64,000 nucleotides of DNA from contig JASGJH010000001.1 in NCBI GenBank assembly GCA_047601445.1, positions 3,104,001 to 3,168,000 on the forward strand, written 5' to 3'. Numbering within the stretch: position 1 is the stretch's first letter; the number at the start of each line of letters is the position of its first letter. The translations under genes and the position numbers were made by a program. The notes beneath the pieces were generated by a model. It had not been told where the DNA came from. It saw nothing but the letters and a program-made list of their open reading frames with translations, and did no database searches. This DNA comes from Myxococcales bacterium (GTDB lineage: Bacteria; Myxococcota_A; Polyangia; Polyangiales; DASUME01). Of this stretch, positions 60,424 through 64,000 are shown piece after piece.

Positions 60424-60720
60424 CTGCACCATGTCTTCGGCGAGGCGCGCGTCGATACGAGCGATGGCGTGCGTAAGTGCGCGGCGGGTGGACTCCTCCA
60501 GGGAACGCGAACGTGTCTCCGCGTTCTGCCAGTCGTCTGCCAAGCCCAGCGCCACCATCACCAGGAGCTGCGCTGGCGTGGCGCGCGCGAGGGCCTTGGG
60601 GCCGAGCGCCCGAACGCGCTCGTTGACGATGTCGGCCAGCTTACGCAGGTGCGCCTCATCGGCGTCCACCTGCATGCGATAGGAGGCCCCTGCGATGTCG
60701 AGCGTGACCGTATTCTTCAC
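60409..60720 (-). CDS. zapA: Cell division protein ZapA
   Basis: VTLDIAGASY...DEAHLRKLADIVNERV...MVALGLADD, coiled coil. GGAGG RBS, synteny with ygfA. Confidence 0.88.
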   Translation of the reverse strand: MKNTVTLDIAGASYRMQVDADEAHLRKLADIVNERVRALGPKALARATPAQLLVMVALGLADDWQNAETRSRSLEESTRRALTHAIARIDARLAEDMVQPLDA

Positions 60721-60884
60721 AGGGCATCCTCCAGCCTAGATCCGCGCACACCAACCACCGGCGGAGCCTAAAATCCTGGCCTGTTTCGGGTCAAGTTTCG
60801 GGCGGATCGGTCGCGCGAAAAACCGCGGATTCCATGGCTGGGATCATGAGTTTGGTTGGTGAGCCATGATACCCTCGTTCAGGC

Positions 60885-63800
60885 ATGATCAAGGTCAAGT
60901 GCGATGCGTGCGGTGCGCCGTACGAAGTCGATCCGCGCAGAGTCCCCAAGTCCGGGCTCAAGATGCGTTGTCCCGCTTGCGGTTCGTCCGTCCAGGTAAA
61001 CGCCGACGGAGCTGCGCCCGCCCAGAAGGCCGACGGCAATGCACCGGCTCCGAAGCCCGCTGCGGCCATCCCGGCGGGACCGGCAAAGCCCGCCAAGCTC
61101 GCGGGGGACTTCGACCTCGATTTGCCCGCCGTCAAGGGAGCGTTGCCCAAGCCGTTCTCGGCCCCGACCGCCGCGGCGGCGTCGCCCTTCGGAACCGGCT
61201 TCGAGAGCACGGACGTGCTGGATTTGCCGGCGGTCAAGGGCAGTCAACCCAAGCCTGCCGGCAGGCCATTGGCGATCACGCTGGGCGATGACCTCGACGT
61301 GACGGACCTGCCAGCGCCCAAGCCGGGCGGCGCACGCTCGGGAGTCCCGGCCCCGCAGGCTTCGAGCGCGTCGCGTCCTATCGCTCCCGATCTCGACTTC
61401 GATTTGCCCGCGCCCAAGAAGCCCGCGGCGGCACCCATCGCCCCGGAGCTCGACTTCGACTTGCCCGCGCCCAAGAGGCCCGCGGCCATCGCGCCCGACC
61501 TCGACTTCGACTTGCCCGCACCCAAGAGGCCCGCGGCGGCAGCCATTGCCCCGGACCTCGACTTCGACTTGCCCGCGCCCAAGAAGCCCGCGGCGGCGGC
61601 CATCGCCCCGGACCTCGACTTCGACTTGCCCGCGCCCAAGAAGCCCGCGGCGGCGGCCATCGCCCCGGACCTCGACTTCGATTTGCCCACGCCCAAGCGG
61701 CCGGGCGGTCTGGGCGCCGATTTCGACTTGCCTCAGCCGAAGTCCCGCGCCCTCCCCGGCAAACCCGAGCCCGTGCGAGCCCAGCCGCAGCCGTTCGCGC
61801 CGGCCCGTCCCGCGCCAGCCGCCGCATCGAACGCCGCCAGTACGATGGCCAAGGACAGCCTCGCCATCGATCCCGAACCCTTCTATGCCGACGACAGTTC
61901 GGACCTGTTGGGTCACCTGGACGACGTGCGCACCGCTGCCGCACTCAAACAGGAAGCTCCACAAATCGATCTGCCCGCACCCAGCGACCTGCCCAAGGTC
62001 AAAGGTCCCACGGGCGCAGCGCGAACCCAGGGCGCGCCGAGCCCCTTCGGTAAGCTCGGCAGGGACTCGCTCGACTTGCCCGGAGGCTTCGCCGAGGGCG
62101 AGCTCGACCTGCCCGCTCCGGCAGACCTCCCGGTGGCACTCGACCTACCCGTGGGACGCAAGCCCGCGGCAGGCCCCGGGGGCGTCTTCAAGAACGCCGC
62201 GCCTGCGCTGGATAAGCCGGTCTCCAAGGCAGCCGCCGGCTCGGGCGGCCGCGCCAACGAGCTGGCCAGGGCGCCCGAATTCGAATCTGCAGCTGCCCGA
62301 ACCCGGCAGCGCCAAGGCCAAGCCAGCCGCCGCACAGGAAAAGTCGGCTCGCATCAGCGCGGGCGACGACATGCTCTCGCTGCCGTCCTTGAGTGACCGA
62401 CCGGGCGCCTCGCTCGCGGACTTCGATCTCGAGCCCATCGCTGAGCTCGAAGCCCCCAAGCCCCACGGCGTCACGATGGAGCTCGAATCCCATCTTCGAG
62501 CCAGCCAGCGCCAAGAAGAAGCCCGTCCCGGCCCCGCAGCCCCAGCGCTCGGGCGCAGCCGGCGGCAGCGCCTTCGGTGAGATCGACTTCGGCCTCAGCA
62601 GCGAAGCCTTGCCGGCCCAGCTGCCCGTGCCGATGCCGATGCCGATTCCGGTCGATGCCAGCAAGAGCAACTTCGACGTGCCGGCCACCGACGCTTCCGC
62701 GGAAGCCGAGCCCGCACCCAAGAAGAAGGCCAAGAAGAAGCGCAAGAAGACCAACGACAAGCCCACGCCTTTCTGGGTCTGGCCGCTCATGCTGGTCATG
62801 CTGTTGGTGGGCACGGGCGTCGCCCTCGGCTTGTTCACGGCACACGGTTGGTTCGGCGTGTACCTGGTCGAGCAGTTGTTGCCCGCGGCGGGCGACCCTG
62901 CGCACGTGGCCCAGGCCATCCAGCAAGCCGAGACGCAGGCCAAGACCGACACCCAGCGCGACCTGCGCAAATCGCTCGCGGCGCTCGCCGAGGCGCGCAA
63001 CGAAGCCGGCCTGAACCTGCCGCTCCTCGCGCGCAGTCTCTTGCACGAGTCGCTCTACCAGCTGCGCTTCGGCGACGACTACAACAGTGCGCAACGCGCC
63101 GTCGCCATCCTCACGCGCGTGATGGAGCGCGGCACGGAGGTCCCCGGTCTGACGCTCGCGCGCGCGGCCAACGCGGCGCGCACGGGTGACCTGGCAGGGG
63201 CCAAGAGCCTGCTCGCCCAAGTCCCCGAGAGCCAGAGATCCCTATCGCAGCCTGGTGGCCGGTGAGCTCGCCATGCTCGACAAGCAGCCCGCGCAGGCCG
63301 CCAAGGAGTTCGCGCGTGCGGCCAAGCTAGGCGGCGAAGCCCGCGCGAACTGGGGGCTCGCGCGCGCGCAGCAGGCCATTCAAAACCTGCCCGACGCCGA
63401 GGCGGCTGCCAAGGCGACTCTCGAGTCCAGCCCGCGTCATTCGGCCGCACTCGTGTTCCTGGGCGAGCTCGCGCTCAGCAACGGCGAGCTAGCAGAGGCC
63501 CTCTCCCTCGCGCGCAAGGCCTCCGGCGCAGATGAGATCTCGGGCACCCCGGCGCGCCCATCCAAGGCCGAGCGCGCACGCGCCTTCGCGCTCGAAGGGC
63601 GCGTCGAAGAGCGTCGCGAGCACCCGCGCGAAGCGCAGGCTGCCTACGAGCGGGCCCTGGCTGCAGACCCCCTCCAGCTCGATGTACTGATCGGCTCGGC
63701 GCGCATGTTGATGCGCCTCGGTCGCACCCGCGACGCCCTGACGCGCTTCGACTCGGCGCTGGGAGCGAACCCACCCGCGGTCGCGGGCAGCGACGGCAAG

Positions 63801-64000
63801 ATCCCGTTGCTCGAGGCGAGCCTCGGCTCGGCCCAGGCGCTGCTGTCGACGGAGCGCGCCCAGGAAGCCCTCGACCGCATCAACGGCCTGATCAAGCGTT
63901 TCCCGGAGAACTACGAGGTCCACCTGTGGCATGGCCACGCCCTCGAGGCCCAGGGCAACCTGGATGACGCCGAGGCCGCGTTCCAGAAGACCATCGAGCT
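60885..64000 (+). CDS. MJ0042-type zinc-ribbon, low-complexity linker, TM helix and TPR array (runs off window; three single-base frameshifts near 62285, 62487, 63236)
   Basis: CDAC...CPAC, DLP repeats, KKK then TM helix, then TPRs. One reading frame is restored by deleting one A at each site. Confidence 0.8.
61380..61700 (+). repeat. Coding minisatellite, six 51-57 bp units encoding IAPDLDFDLPAPK(K/R)PAA(AA)
   Basis: Visible directly in DNA and translation. Confidence 0.92.

Noticed and set aside
1..64000. High frequency of CTCGAG/GAGCTC palindromes; also searched for tRNA, rRNA, transposase, integrase and prophage genes
   Set aside because: The palindromes reflect Leu-Glu/Glu-Leu codon pairs. 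No RNA genes or mobile elements were recognised by eye.

Overview
High-GC, gene-dense chromosomal window from a myxobacterium, judged from its Glt/Nfs-like genes, many TPR proteins and Ser/Thr kinases. It is probably a long-read assembly: five single-base frameshifts all fall at GATC sites. Contents in order: TlpA redoxin; TPR proteins; bamD; a giant EAD-like/pseudokinase/TPR protein; phoH-cysK; a nine-gene Glt/Nfs-type trans-envelope operon; a degenerate hybrid histidine kinase; a Ser/Thr kinase; pyk; a C2-PDZ lipoprotein; a purine catabolism cluster (xdhABC, HpyO-type urate hydroxylase, uraH, uraD, allB, alc) with a CitE-like DUF6986-type gene and no ureidoglycolate lyase; an acetyltransferase/AMP-ligase/PLP-decarboxylase/ACP cassette; Leu dehydrogenase; PilZ; a HAMP kinase; uvrC; an OMP-FecR-Ser/Thr kinase operon converging on an atypical enhancer-binding protein; ygfA and zapA separated by a 24-bp tandem hairpin array where 6S RNA usually lies; and a partial zinc-ribbon/TPR gene. 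No rRNA, tRNA, CRISPR array or mobile element was recognised. All family calls come from motif recognition by eye, not from database searches.
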